A stretch of DNA of 63,134 nucleotides, the filler included, from Gemmatimonadota bacterium (lineage in GTDB: Bacteria > 4572-55 > J002): assembly GCA_003697105.1 (NCBI GenBank). It is 5 parts of 5 records of this genome, joined end to end, with 100 filler letters (N's around TTAATTAATTAA, not from the genome) between each part and the next. Parts side by side here need not be neighbours in the genome. Positions count along the whole stretch, not along the records: positions 35,048 to 43,415 come from RFFQ01000031.1; positions 43,516 to 59,498 come from RFFQ01000032.1; 3 more parts are not named here. The stretch is one strand, 5' to 3'. The position numbers and the translations under genes are program-made. The notes below the pieces were generated by a model. That model made no database searches, was not told the DNA's origin, and was given only the letters and a program-made list of their open reading frames with translations. Of the stretch, positions 38,235 to 49,400 are shown piece by piece. Position 1 is the first letter of the stretch. Every line of letters begins with the position of its first letter.

Positions 38235-39530
38235 TTACAGTGCGTTGACCCAAGCGATCAGGTGTTCGATACCGGTTATCACCGGGGCGCACCACTGCCG
38301 GGTGAAATCGCCGGGGAGGGGGTCGTAGGGGGCGACTTGTTCGGCGGCAAGTAAGGCTTCATTGCCATCAAAGTTGACATAGGCTAAGCGAGCGGTCAAT
38401 TCCTCCGGCGGGCGTCCAAATGCCGCACCGGGCAGAATGGCAACGCCGGTTTCTTGTAACAGCCGGTCGCACAGGTCGGTGCTGGTGGTGATGCCCTGTT
38501 CTGCCAGAGGTTCGGCGTAGTGGGAGAAATCGATGAAAAGGTAAAACGCACCGGTCGGGGGATGCAGTTTGATCTGGTTGGCAGTTAAGGTGTGGTAAAT
38601 TTCGCGCCCTAAAATTGCTAGAATACGGCGGCAGTTGAACAGATACCGTTCGATCTCCATCCCACCTCGAAATGCACTCACGGCGGCACATTGAATCGGG
38701 GTACTAACGGAGGTATAGGTCTCACTGGCAATGACTGCCATTGCTTGACGGAGCGGTTTTAAGTCTGGCGGAAAAATGAAGGTGCCCAAGCGCCAGCCGC
38801 CGGCGCCGCACCACTTGGAAATCCCCGAACTGAGGATGGTCCCTTCCGGGTAGAAGCGCGCGATGGAGACATGCTCCCCTTTGTGGTGCAGTTGCCCGTA
38901 AATTTCATCCGAGAGAATGACCAGATTGTACTGCCGGGCAATCTCGGCGATTTGTTGCAACTCCGGCACACTGTATGTGTCTCCATCGGGGTTGCCGGGG
39001 TAGTTGAGTACCAATAAACTGGCGTTGTCGTGGTTCAGCTCTTGTTCGCAAATTTGTTGGAGGCGTGCCGGGGAGAGCCGCCATTTTTCCTCAAAATGGG
39101 TATGGCTGATCTGAATTTTTTTGCCAATGATATGGGCTTGTGGCATGTAGGAAACCCAACAGGGTGAAGGAACGATCAACGTGCCTTGAAACGCGAGTTG
39201 GAGCAAAAAAAGCAATTCCTTAGAGCCGGGACCGATCAAAATATTGTCGGGGTGGGCATGAATTCCTTCCTTGACCCGGCAGAATTCCGAGACCGCTTCC
39301 CGCAACTCTCGCAGACCTTCTACCGGCAGATAATCTTTTTCATGGGCATGGAGCTTCAAGGCTTCTACTACCGGTGTCGGGACGGGGAATGGAGATTGTC
39401 CCAATCCGAATTTCCAGACGGTTTTGCCGGCGTTGATCAACTCCCGGGACCGGTCGTTGATGGCGAGCGTTGCCGATTTTTGCAAATGCTTTATGTTCGG
39501 GTTAATTCGCTCTTGGATGAATTTCCGCAT
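38235..39530 (-). CDS. PLP-dependent aminotransferase class I/II
   Basis: GQSPFP, NYPGNPDG, SDEIY, SKWCGAGGWRLG (PLP lysine), GAFY. Confidence 0.9.
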   Translation of the reverse strand: MRKFIQERINPNIKHLQKSATLAINDRSRELINAGKTVWKFGLGQSPFPVPTPVVEALKLHAHEKDYLPVEGLRELREAVSEFCRVKEGIHAHPDNILIGPGSKELLFLLQLAFQGTLIVPSPCWVSYMPQAHIIGKKIQISHTHFEEKWRLSPARLQQICEQELNHDNASLLVLNYPGNPDGDTYSVPELQQIAEIARQYNLVILSDEIYGQLHHKGEHVSIARFYPEGTILSSGISKWCGAGGWRLGTFIFPPDLKPLRQAMAVIASETYTSVSTPIQCAAVSAFRGGMEIERYLFNCRRILAILGREIYHTLTANQIKLHPPTGAFYLFIDFSHYAEPLAEQGITTSTDLCDRLLQETGVAILPGAAFGRPPEELTARLAYVNFDGNEALLAAEQVAPYDPLPGDFTRQWCAPVITGIEHLIAWVNAL

Positions 39531-39557
39531 GGGACAAACCTCCTACCGGATTGGGGC

Positions 39558-40100
39558 TTATTTTACTAATTTGGAAATCTGCTTGAACGTATCAGTGCCG
39601 GAAACTCCCAACAATTCAAATAAAATGGACTCGTAGGTGGAAACGATTACGCCGGATCCCCGCATCCGGTCAATCGCGACCCGTTTATCATTTGGGTTTC
39701 GGGAGGAAACACAATCTTCAATCAAAATGGGTTGGTAACCGGCTTCGATCAAATCCAAGGCGGTTTGTAGCACACAAACATGGGTTTCAATACCGATCAA
39801 GAGGGTATTTTTCCGGTCGATGCGATGTAGTGCCTTCATGACGTTGGGTTCCCCGCAACAACTGAATGTCATTTTTTCGATGGGTTGTATTTCCCCGAGG
39901 GCATTTTGCACGGGTTCAATGGTACCACCCAATCCAGCCGTGTATTGTTGGGTGACGATCATCGGGATGTCTAAAATTTTCAGACCCTGAATCAACTTGG
40001 CACTGCGTTGGGCTAATTCTTCATGCTGGTGGATGTGTGGAAAAAGTCGCTGTTGAATATCAATGACAACTAATAGACAATCCTGTTGGTAAATACGCAT
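39558..40100 (-). CDS. Isochorismatase-family hydrolase (YcaC/ISOC-like)
   Basis: IDIQ, T.QY..GLG.T, K.TFSC, GIETHVCVLQT. Confidence 0.9.
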   Translation of the reverse strand: MRIYQQDCLLVVIDIQQRLFPHIHQHEELAQRSAKLIQGLKILDIPMIVTQQYTAGLGGTIEPVQNALGEIQPIEKMTFSCCGEPNVMKALHRIDRKNTLLIGIETHVCVLQTALDLIEAGYQPILIEDCVSSRNPNDKRVAIDRMRGSGVIVSTYESILFELLGVSGTDTFKQISKLVK

Positions 40101-40125
40101 GACAAGACCTCCTTATCTGAAAGGG

Positions 40126-40992
40126 TTATCCCTGATACCGTTCGAGTTGAATTTCGGTTAACTGGCGACCTTGTTCGATAACGTCTGCCGCCTTATGGAA
40201 TTCGTGTAGCGCGCATATGTCACGCGGAACGTTAATGGTAATGTCAGGGGGATATGCCGCCAGTTTTAAGATAGAAATCGTATTTTGCATCGTGTCAATC
40301 GATTTACCGAAGATATCCAATAAATTTAGTTTTTTACTTTTGGGTTTGGTGGCGAGTTTCTCGGCGAGTCGCTTGAAAAAGGGATTCGTGGGGGTTTCCT
40401 CGTCGGCGGTGCGCGAGGGATTTCCGGGCACCAGTGGTGCGTTACTGTTGATGTTGACCGCCACAATTAGATCGTTGACATCGCTCATCATGGGGGCGAT
40501 GGGCACCGGATTGAGTACTCCCCCATCTACCAATGTTCTTTGGTTGTGGATGGCAGGTTCAAACACGGCCGGAATGGAAATGGAGGCACGAATGGCATCG
40601 AAGAGAGACCCCGAATTGAGCCAGACCTCCCGCTCATGATCGACATCACTCGCGACGGCAGTATAGCGGATGGGTAATGTTTCAATGGGCGCATCTCCTA
40701 CCAGATCGCGCAAAAAACTAATGATTTTATCGGCATCAAACAGCCCCTGCGCCCCAAAACTAAACTCCAGATACTTAAACACATGGTGTTCTTTTACACT
40801 GAGTACCCACTTCTTGAACACATCCAATTTGCCCCGCGCATACACCCCACCAACGAGTGCCCCAATGGATGAACCAGCAATGGATTTAATTTCGTAGCCA
40901 TGTTCTTCAAGGACTTCAATCACGCCGATGTGTGCCATTCCACGTGCCGCGCCGCTCCCTAACGCCAATGATACGGTTTTTTTGTGTGCCAT
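40126..40992 (-). CDS. Patatin-like phospholipase (RssA/NTE family)
   Basis: LGSGAARG, GSSIG nucleophile, ASISIP, DGG. Confidence 0.92.
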   Translation of the reverse strand: MAHKKTVSLALGSGAARGMAHIGVIEVLEEHGYEIKSIAGSSIGALVGGVYARGKLDVFKKWVLSVKEHHVFKYLEFSFGAQGLFDADKIISFLRDLVGDAPIETLPIRYTAVASDVDHEREVWLNSGSLFDAIRASISIPAVFEPAIHNQRTLVDGGVLNPVPIAPMMSDVNDLIVAVNINSNAPLVPGNPSRTADEETPTNPFFKRLAEKLATKPKSKKLNLLDIFGKSIDTMQNTISILKLAAYPPDITINVPRDICALHEFHKAADVIEQGRQLTEIQLERYQG

Positions 40993-41118
40993 GTGTGATA
41001 TGACTCCGATGGTTTTGAACTGCTTTATGGGCAATTTTGAAATTTATGTTAATTCATTTTGATGAACTCGGTGCCGCGGGCTGTTTAGGGGAGTAATCCC
41101 CATTTAATGACCGCTGGG

Positions 41119-43415
41119 TCAGTCCTTGGCGACCCGAAAACCGGTGTGGCTACTCCGAATATCCGGTGACCGTCCAAAGCGTGAGGAGGCACGTACCATA
41201 TCCGGGGTGGAATACCATGACCCGCCGCGTAATACACGTAGATCGCCGCTCGGGGGACCTTGCGGGTTATGGGATTCGCTCTCGGTATAGTATGTCTCGC
41301 TGAACCAATCCTGACACCACTCCCAGACATTGCCGCTCATGTGATACAGTCCTAAGCTATTTGGCTTTAAGGTATTCACCGGTACCGATTTTTGTCGATT
41401 ATTACCAAATTCGGAATACGACTGGCGATATTCAGGACTGGAATTAAAGTTAATTTGACCCGGTCGTGCTATATTTTCTCCATTACCAAAGCGCACTTTT
41501 TTGCCGCGTTCTCGGGCGGCGAATTCCCATTCTGCCTCTGTGGGCAACCGGTATCCGTAAAACTCGCAAAAGGTATGGGCGCCGTACCAGGTCACCATCA
41601 CGACCGGATGCTGTTCATATCCTTTTTGCGCCATCCATTTATTCCCGACTTGAATCAGACCCGGCTCAAAGGGATAGATCATTTTTTTTCCGCGATAGGG
41701 ACCCGAGAGAACGGTGTCGCTTCCGTATTCATTGAGGAAGGCGGCATATTGGGCATTGGTAACTTCATATTTGCCGATCTGAAAATCATCAACGGTGACG
41801 GTATGCACCTGTTCTACACCTTGCGTATCTCCCCACAGGTCACCCATTTGGTACGTTCCGCCGGGGATGGTCACAAATTCCACATCGCTAAAATGGGGAT
41901 GTTTCAGCCATTGGTCACACTCTTCAATTCGCTGGGTCAGATATTGATTGCCGGGACTATAGGCTTCGGCGGCTTCAAAAAAGTCTTTTGCTTGTTCATA
42001 GTCTCCTTGTGCAAAAGCGGTTTCTGCTTTATTCAGGTAGGATTCAAACATTTGCAGTGGATTCGCAGGGTCTGGCTCTACCACCGGGGGGGTGGGGGTG
42101 GCAGGTTCATTTCCGGCACGTGTTTTTAACTTTTCTTCACATGCTTTGAGGCGTTGTGCGATGTATTGATTGTGAGGGCTGAACTGTTCGGCGGCTTGAT
42201 AATGTCGTTTGGCACGTTCGTAATCCCCATTGGCAAAGGCTTGGTCCGCTTGGTTGAGGTAGGTCTCAAACATTTGCACCGGATTGGAAATGCCCCCCGT
42301 TTCTGTCTGCTCATTTGAGGGCGCTGGGGCTTCTGGTTTGGCTTCTACTTCTGGCGGAGGTTGTAACTTTGCCTCGCATTTGGCGATCAAATCCATTAGA
42401 TAGCGGTTGTTAGGGCTAAATTCCAAAGCGGCTTCATAATTGAGCTTTGCATTGCGGAAATCACCGGCATCGAAGGCTTTATCACCGGCGATCAAAAATT
42501 GCTCGAAAGCTAATGCTGGTTTTAGCGGGTCATCCGCCTCAACGGGCTGATCCGGCACTGGCGGATCTTCGGGTGGGGAGGATTCAGGGCGGGGTTCGGC
42601 GTATGCTTCCAAATCATCCACCGTGATCACTTTGCGGCCAGGCTGGTTTTCGGTTCGATGTGCCCACTCCTCAGCATCGAAATTTTCAACCCCCAGACCA
42701 GCGATATCCTCGTTGGTAAATACACCCGGCTCTTTTGGTTTGGGAGGCGGCGTGGGTGACGGAGTTGGTGCAGGTTTCTCCGGTGCCGGGGGCGCTGGTT
42801 CTGTTTTAGTTGGTGAGGGTTGGCTATCCACAACCGGTGCCGGTGGCTCTGCTTGACCATTCACAAGGGCTGTATCGGGTGTATCGTTTGAGGATGGGGT
42901 TGCCATACCGGTATCCGGTACGGTTGCAAGAGGTAGATGAGAGGGTGACGGAGTGCTGGTAATCTGGGTAAAGGTCTGATTTTGAGCAACTGGTGGGCGA
43001 TCTTTCCACGAGAAAAACCACCATACTAACCCAGCCATAATCCCCAACACTGCCGCTACTCCTGCCCATGTTTGCCATTGGCGCCATGTGGATACTGTAA
43101 CCGGTGATGATGGTGGAATTTCCGCTTCCGATGATGGGGGCATGGTAGCCGGTACGGCATCGAGGGGCGAATCTTGGGAATGCGGTGGAATAACCCATTC
43201 TTCTTCAGGTTTATCCGCTTTCTCTATGCTAATGGTATCTTCCGCTGGGATGGCGTCGAACTCGGTGGGGTCATCACCGCTAGCACCCCATTCGATAGCG
43301 GTATCCGGCTCATCCGCGATTTCTTCCAGTGGGATGGTGTCGAACTCGGCGGCGTCATCACCGCTAGTACCCCATTCGAGAGCGGTATCCGGCTCATCCG
43401 CGATTTCTTCCAGTG
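41119..43415 (-). CDS. Membrane-anchored protein with acidic repeats, Pro-rich linkers, three TPR-like modules and a C-terminal FGE-sulfatase (SUMF1/EgtB/PvdO) domain; 5' truncated
   Basis: Frame stays open from the gap at 43415; TM WAGVAAVLGIMAGLVWWFF; IPGGTYQMG, YEVTNAQY, RLPTEAEWEFAAR, MSGNVWEWC, RGGSW, GFRV. Confidence 0.85.
43246..43413 (-). repeat. 84-bp coding tandem repeat (28-aa acidic unit), cut by the contig end
   Basis: LEEIADEPDTALEWGTSGDDAAEFDTIP / LEEIADEPDTAIEWGASGDDPTEFDAIP. Confidence 0.9.
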
Positions 43416-43515
43416 NNNNNNNNNNNNNNNNNNNNNNNNNNNNNNNNNNNNNNNNNNNNTTAATTAATTAANNNNNNNNNNNNNNNNNNNNNNNNNNNNN
43501 NNNNNNNNNNNNNNN
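43416..43515. other. Artificial contig-join spacer
   Basis: 100-nt N-TTAATTAATTAA-N. Confidence 0.95.
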
Positions 43516-43923
43516 GAACGAGTTTTTTATGATAATGCGGTTACATCCGGTATTGAAGTAGAAGCGGGGCAAATCACAGAAGTCGATATCGATCTCTTCT
43601 CATTGGTGAATGTGCCCGATACTAAATCCCAAATCCTGATCCCTGAATCCTATTCCCTGAGTAATTATCCGAATCCGTTTAACCCGAAAACCACGATTCA
43701 GTATGAATTACCTCAAAAATCGTTAATATCACTAAAAATCTATGATGTCAGCGGAAGATTGGTGAAGATATTGATTGAAGGTGAAAAAAAAGCGGGTATC
43801 CATACCGTTTTGTGGGACGGTAAAAATGAGTACAATCAAGATATGACGTCAGGTATTTACTTTTGCCGCTTAGAGAGTACGATATTTTCTGGTGAAACAA
43901 AACAAATGGTGCTGTTGCGATGA
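43516..43923 (+). CDS. 3' fragment of a secreted protein with a T9SS-type/FlgD-Ig C-terminal domain
   Basis: Frame open from the gap (ERVFYDNAVTSGIEV...); NYPNPFNP.T.I.Y, IYDVSGRLV, WDG, SGIYFCRL, MVLLR. Confidence 0.85.
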   Translation, partial: ERVFYDNAVTSGIEVEAGQITEVDIDLFSLVNVPDTKSQILIPESYSLSNYPNPFNPKTTIQYELPQKSLISLKIYDVSGRLVKILIEGEKKAGIHTVLWDGKNEYNQDMTSGIYFCRLESTIFSGETKQMVLLR

Positions 43924-44170
43924 AAACCGCTAACTTTATTTGCACGCAGACCCGTGCTACGCAACTCTCCTTGAACAAATGAGTTGCGAGTTTTAAGTTC
44001 AACGTTTCAAGTGTAGTCCAAGCGTCGTAACCGCACGGGTTGGTGAAATTGGCTGTTCAACGGAAGCAATTTGTGGCGCACCATTCTCTTCATCTCTGAT
44101 GTTCGTACGACTGGTAAAACAACCGTGTTTGACATTTTTATCCTGTTGCCTTTATCGCACCTGAGACGTT

Positions 44171-45220
44171 ATGCCAAGCCTATCGCATCCACACCGTTTT
44201 GATTTTCAAAAGAGTCTCCATTTGTTGATGATCCTGATTCCGGTGGGGGTTTTGGGTAACCTGATCTTCATGTTTTATACTACCGACCGTCAGATCATCC
44301 GTTCGGTGATTCAATTTTCACCGCTGTTTTTTCTCCTTGCCATCTTGATGACGATGGTGCCGTGGTTTACAAATGCCTTGCGGTTGTTGATTTGGACACG
44401 CTTTTTAGGTCACCGGATTCGCTACCGGGCACTGTTCAAGATCACCATTGCAACCGAACTGGGAGCTTCAGTGACACCTTCGGCGGTCGGCGGTGCGCCC
44501 TTTAAAATGGGGATGTTGATGCAACGGGGGGTTACAACCGGTTCCGCGGCGTCCCTGACCACACTGGGTAGTGTGGAAGATGGGCTGTTTTTTCTGGTGG
44601 CGGTGCCGTTGGCGTTGACGTTCTCCACGTCATGGGATTTACCCATCTTTCGGACACTCTGGGCGCAGATTCATCATCCATATTTAGCAGGCATGATTGT
44701 GCTGATCGGGTTCATTGCTCTGATCTCGCTGTTCTTTCGGGCAACCCGGCGTCAAATTCGCACTTGGTTGGTCAACAGTCCTTTATCCCAGCGCCTCATC
44801 CAACGAGTATTGAACTTCTGGGCGGATTTCAAACACGTTTACAAACTGATCGGGCAAACGGGCAAACTGTGGTTTTTACTGAGTATGTTGGTCACCGGTT
44901 TTCAGTGGACGTGCCGCTATTCCGTGATTTCGGCATTGGTGGCAAGTCTGGGTTTTCCGGTCGATGTTCTGCAATTTTTTGCGCTTCAATGGGTTGTTTT
45001 TTCACTAGGGACACTCATCCCCACGCCCGGCGCTACTGGCGGGATTGAAGCCGCCTTTTATCTGATTTACCGCGCCATTTTACCCAACCATATCATCAGT
45101 TTGGCAATGGCGGGGTGGCGCTTCCTTACCTTTTATTTCCTGTTGGTGATCGACATCGTGCTCTATTTTCTGCTTAGTTTACCGCATTTTGAGGATACCC
45201 ACATTACGCTTGATAATTAA
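44171..45220 (+). CDS. Lysylphosphatidylglycerol synthase TM-domain (UPF0104, flippase-like) membrane protein
   Basis: Multi-TM; ALR..W, VTPSAVGGAP, IPTPGATGGIE, WRFLTFY. Confidence 0.85.
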   Translation: MPSLSHPHRFDFQKSLHLLMILIPVGVLGNLIFMFYTTDRQIIRSVIQFSPLFFLLAILMTMVPWFTNALRLLIWTRFLGHRIRYRALFKITIATELGASVTPSAVGGAPFKMGMLMQRGVTTGSAASLTTLGSVEDGLFFLVAVPLALTFSTSWDLPIFRTLWAQIHHPYLAGMIVLIGFIALISLFFRATRRQIRTWLVNSPLSQRLIQRVLNFWADFKHVYKLIGQTGKLWFLLSMLVTGFQWTCRYSVISALVASLGFPVDVLQFFALQWVVFSLGTLIPTPGATGGIEAAFYLIYRAILPNHIISLAMAGWRFLTFYFLLVIDIVLYFLLSLPHFEDTHITLDN

Positions 45221-45297
45221 AGGGATTACGCTTATTTTTGGCAGTTCTGCCATCTCTCATTAAATTGTCATCACATTGCTATGGAGAGGTTCAGGGA

Positions 45298-45747
45298 ATG
45301 AAATCACTACACCATCCTTCTGATCGAGAAGCGATTATGAATCGGCTGGGTCGGCTCTCACCAGATAGTCCACGGAAATGGGGCAGAATGACCGCTGCTG
45401 AAATGGTGTGCCATCTGGCGGATAGTTTTCGTGTGGCAATGGGGGAAATCCCCTGCCCAGATCGAAGTACGCTTGGGCGGCGGACACTTGTCAAATGGCT
45501 TGTTATTTATGCTCCGTTGCCCATCCCAAAAGGCAAAGTGGAGACCGCCCCGGAGATGAAAGCCACATCCCCCCACCAGTTTGACCGTGATTTGGCCACC
45601 CTAAAAGAAATCTTACAACGCTTTGCGGATAAATCACTTACCAGTGAGTGGCAAGCGCATCCGGCGTTCGGCAAGCTTTCCGGTAAGGAATGGAGTATCC
45701 TCGGCTATAAACACATGGATCACCATCTGCAACAATTTGGAGTTTGA
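45298..45747 (+). CDS. DUF1569 / DinB-like protein
   Basis: WGRMTAAEMVCHL, HPAFGKLS..EW....KHMDHHLQQFGV. Confidence 0.85.
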   Translation: MKSLHHPSDREAIMNRLGRLSPDSPRKWGRMTAAEMVCHLADSFRVAMGEIPCPDRSTLGRRTLVKWLVIYAPLPIPKGKVETAPEMKATSPHQFDRDLATLKEILQRFADKSLTSEWQAHPAFGKLSGKEWSILGYKHMDHHLQQFGV

Positions 45748-45748
45748 C

Positions 45749-46357
45749 ATGCCACAACCGGTCTTTGTGTTTGATCTGGGGGGAGTGTTGATCGATTGGA
45801 ACCCGCGCTATCTCTACCGTAAGCTCTTTGCGGATGAGGCGGAAATGGAGTATTTTTTAAACCATGTTTGTACCCCGGAATGGAATTTAGCCCAAGATGC
45901 CGGGCGTTCTTTTGCCGAGGGTACTCGTCTGTTAATCGCCCAATTTCCACACTACGAAGCTGAGATTCGGGCGTATGATGAACGCTGGGAAGAGATGATT
46001 CGGGGCGCGATTGACGGTTCGGTTGGCATCTTGCAGACGCTCCACAAAAAGGGATACGCACTTTACGCCTTGACCAATTGGTCAACGGAAAAATTCCCGG
46101 TGGCGCAGCGAAAATTCCCTTTTTTGGCACTGTTTCGGCAGATTATTGTCTCTGGCGAGGAAAAATGTATCAAGCCAGACCCCCAGCTCTACCGCTTGAT
46201 GCTGGATCGGATTGGACACACTGCCAAAGAGTGCATTTTTATCGATGATAATCTGGAAAATGTGATTACCGCCCAACAATTGGGGTTTCAAGCGATTCAC
46301 TTTCAATCCCCAGCGCAATTGCGTGAGGCACTGTGTGCCCTGAAGATCGAGCTTTAA
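45749..46357 (+). CDS. HAD-family phosphatase
   Basis: FDLGGVLIDW motif I, LTN motif II, KPD, FIDD motif IV. Confidence 0.9.
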   Translation: MPQPVFVFDLGGVLIDWNPRYLYRKLFADEAEMEYFLNHVCTPEWNLAQDAGRSFAEGTRLLIAQFPHYEAEIRAYDERWEEMIRGAIDGSVGILQTLHKKGYALYALTNWSTEKFPVAQRKFPFLALFRQIIVSGEEKCIKPDPQLYRLMLDRIGHTAKECIFIDDNLENVITAQQLGFQAIHFQSPAQLREALCALKIEL

Positions 46358-46386
46358 TCCGCGGAACGCTCCAAACCGTACACAAG

Positions 46387-46422
46387 AAAACCGCCATTAT
46401 CGTTTTGGATAATGGCGGTTTT
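46387..46422. terminator. Bidirectional intrinsic terminator
   Basis: AAAACCGCCATTATC-loop-GATAATGGCGGTTTT between convergent genes. Confidence 0.85.
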
Positions 46423-46451
46423 GTGTTGGTAAATTGGGCGTTACGGGTCGA

Positions 46452-49400
46452 TTAACGCAACAGCACCATTCGCCGGGTTTGGCTAAAGTCACCCGCGTCC
46501 AGTCGGTAAAAGTAAACGCCGCTTTTTACCGTTTGTCCACTGGTATTGGTGCCATCCCATTGGATGGTGTAATGTCCGGCTTCCGTCCAGCCATCGTTTA
46601 AGACACGCACCATGCGACCGCCGGCGTCGTAAACCGCTAAGCGGCTATGACCTGCCACCGGCACGCTGTACCGGATTGCCGTCTTGGGATTGAACGGGTT
46701 TGGTACGTTCTGTTCCAACTGGTAGGTATTTGGAACCTGAACCGATGCCTGCCCCATAGGCGCATTTGTCGGTAGAAAGCCGTTGGTGGTGAATTTGATG
46801 GCACGTTCGTTTTCCAACGGTGCGGCAGCCGGGTGATAATGGTGATAAAACAGGTATTGCAAATTATTCCACTGTTCCACATTCCCACGTTGGTGGTCAA
46901 TCAATCCAATGGAGCAGACCTCATCCAAGGGGACATCTGCCGCTTCAACGGTGTGGTACTGACAAACAATTTCGCCGTCACCGGTTTCCGTCTGATAATG
47001 TACCGGATCGTACAAAATCACTTGGAAAGTGACCAGATCGCCTAAATCGGAGGCGGAACAACCTTGTTGTACTTCGATCCGGCTCCATTCCACAATGACC
47101 CGGTGATTTTCGGCGTCATGGTAGTAAAAGGCATCCCCATGCCCAATATTTTCCGGGCAACCTACGAAACTGGCGTCCGGGTGTAGGTCATCCCAATAGA
47201 CCGCAATCGCGGCTTCCGGCGCTAACGGGCTTGCCATATAGGTATTGTACTGATAGGTCAGCTCGTGGTTCCACCAGTCGTAAGGGGGATCGGCGTCGGA
47301 GTCCGTAAAAGCGACCCAACCATTGGGGCTTACATTCAACCGATCATAGCGATGACCATAAAATTGAAATTCAAACGGTAATTCTATATATCCGATGGTA
47401 AATTCGTCATTTAGATTCAGGGCAGTACCGTCTCCACCGTATGCCGGATCGATTTCGATCCAGTCATAGGTGGGCACATTATGCGCATATTCTGCCGGTA
47501 CTTGATCCGTGTTATCGTAAGCAAAATAGGGATATGTGCCGTATTCGGGAACAATCGGCGCGGTGGCATTCATCTCACCAGCCTGAATAATATAATCATA
47601 CTGCTGTTCCGTACCGGACTCATCCGTAAAATGCAGAGTCAGGCGTACCGGTGTGCCGGCAAATATTTCTGCCGGTGCCGAGAGGGTGAAGGGATTACCG
47701 CTATTATCTGCCGAACCTCCCGCCGGAATCGTACCAAATGAGCCGTTATCATCCATGATGGTGACCACGTTCTGATTGGTGGTGATTGTCGCTTGGACAT
47801 TCATGGCATCCACCACCCCGATATTGCGGATGGTCAGGGTTAGGTTGGCGGATTCACCGGGGTCAAGGTAGCCATTTCCATCAAATGTGGCGGTTTCAAC
47901 CATCAACAGGGAGCTTTCCACATCCAGCCACGCCTGTCCTTCAAAGGTGTGATTTCCGGCATCGGTAAGGGTCACATCAAACAGAATCCGTTGATTATGC
48001 ACCGCTTCTGGGTGTACCCAAATTTCAAATTCGGCGGTGGTACTCTGTCCGGTGTTCAGGTCACCCAGATTGGCGGTATCCGTGTTGATCGTCACGTGCG
48101 GGTCGCTGGAACTAAGGGCAGCCGTTAAGCCGCTGAGGTTGTTTTCGCCGGTATTACGCACTTCAAGCGTGTAATTCAGAGTTTGGTTGGGGTTGGCGAC
48201 CGCTGGGGACATATCCGTCACACTGGCTTGGTATGGCGCTTGGACGAGGTTCAACGTACCCAGATACGGGGCATGATCGGCTTTGGTGACGGTGACATTG
48301 ACCTCTCCAGCACTCACGCCCGCCGGCAGATGGAGGGTCACATAGCCGCTCGTACCGGTCATACCGGTGGCATGAATCTGCATCTCATCGCCATCGTACC
48401 GGGTGAGTGCCACCCAAGCACCTTCCACCGCGCCACTATTATCCGTGACTTGAACTTCTACAGCATTCTGCCCTAATGGAACTTCTGCCGGATGATCCAC
48501 GGTGATGTCGATCGGGGTAGTCGTCCAGATGGATGTTGCCGGGTCGGAGAGCAACACGAAGTTGTGGAAGTTAAACGAAACACATTTTTCCCAGCAATCC
48601 CGATTTGCTCCACAATCGGCTTCGCAGGTGATGCTGGATTGCCCGGGGAAGGAGAGATACTCCACAATTTTACCCCAATTGGTGACTTCTCCCATGGTGC
48701 GCATCCCCCGATGGAACAAGCCTTCAAAAATGCCGCCGGTGATCGGGTTGTTGGTTTTGGTGTGGGTGTTGATGTAGGTAGAGCCGAAAAAGCCCACCGC
48801 ACCTTGAGGATTGTTGATACTGCCGGCGCGCAACCACGCTTCGGCAAAACAGGGTTCGTTGCCAAACGCATAATTGGCGGTCGCACAAACCACACTGAAC
48901 ACTACGGGCCACTTGCCGTAGTTTTCCAGTTGAAGTACATCCGTATTGCGGTAAATGGGGTTATTCCAGCGTTCGTTGTTTGCCCAGCCGCGATAATTGA
49001 TAATACTCACGCCATTTTCCACCGCATTGGTAATGGCGATGTCCTTGCCAATTGAACCGGGATTTGCCGCCCAATCGTACACCGTATCGACCTGTGTATA
49101 GCCATATTCCAGCATTTCCTGACGTGCCCAGTTACAGGTTTCAATGGTGGAGACCACAAATTGCGGAAAACCGCCACCCACTTGCAACCCCCGCCGGAAC
49201 CAGCCATCATCTTCGACTAAAAACGGATTGCTTTCGTAATTGACGATCTTATACGCCATTTTATAGGCATCAAGCGCATTACGTACAGAAATTCGTCCCA
49301 CAAAAATATCAGCAAAATAATCATCCCCATCAACCAAGGAATAGAGATGATCCGAGGCGATCTGAGCGTTGCTGTTATAGAAGTTGGTGGGTATCCCCCC

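Noticed and set aside
41119-41260. Diversity-generating retroelement target (FGE/C-type lectin fold C-terminus)
   Set aside because: No template repeat copy and no reverse transcriptase are seen in the window.
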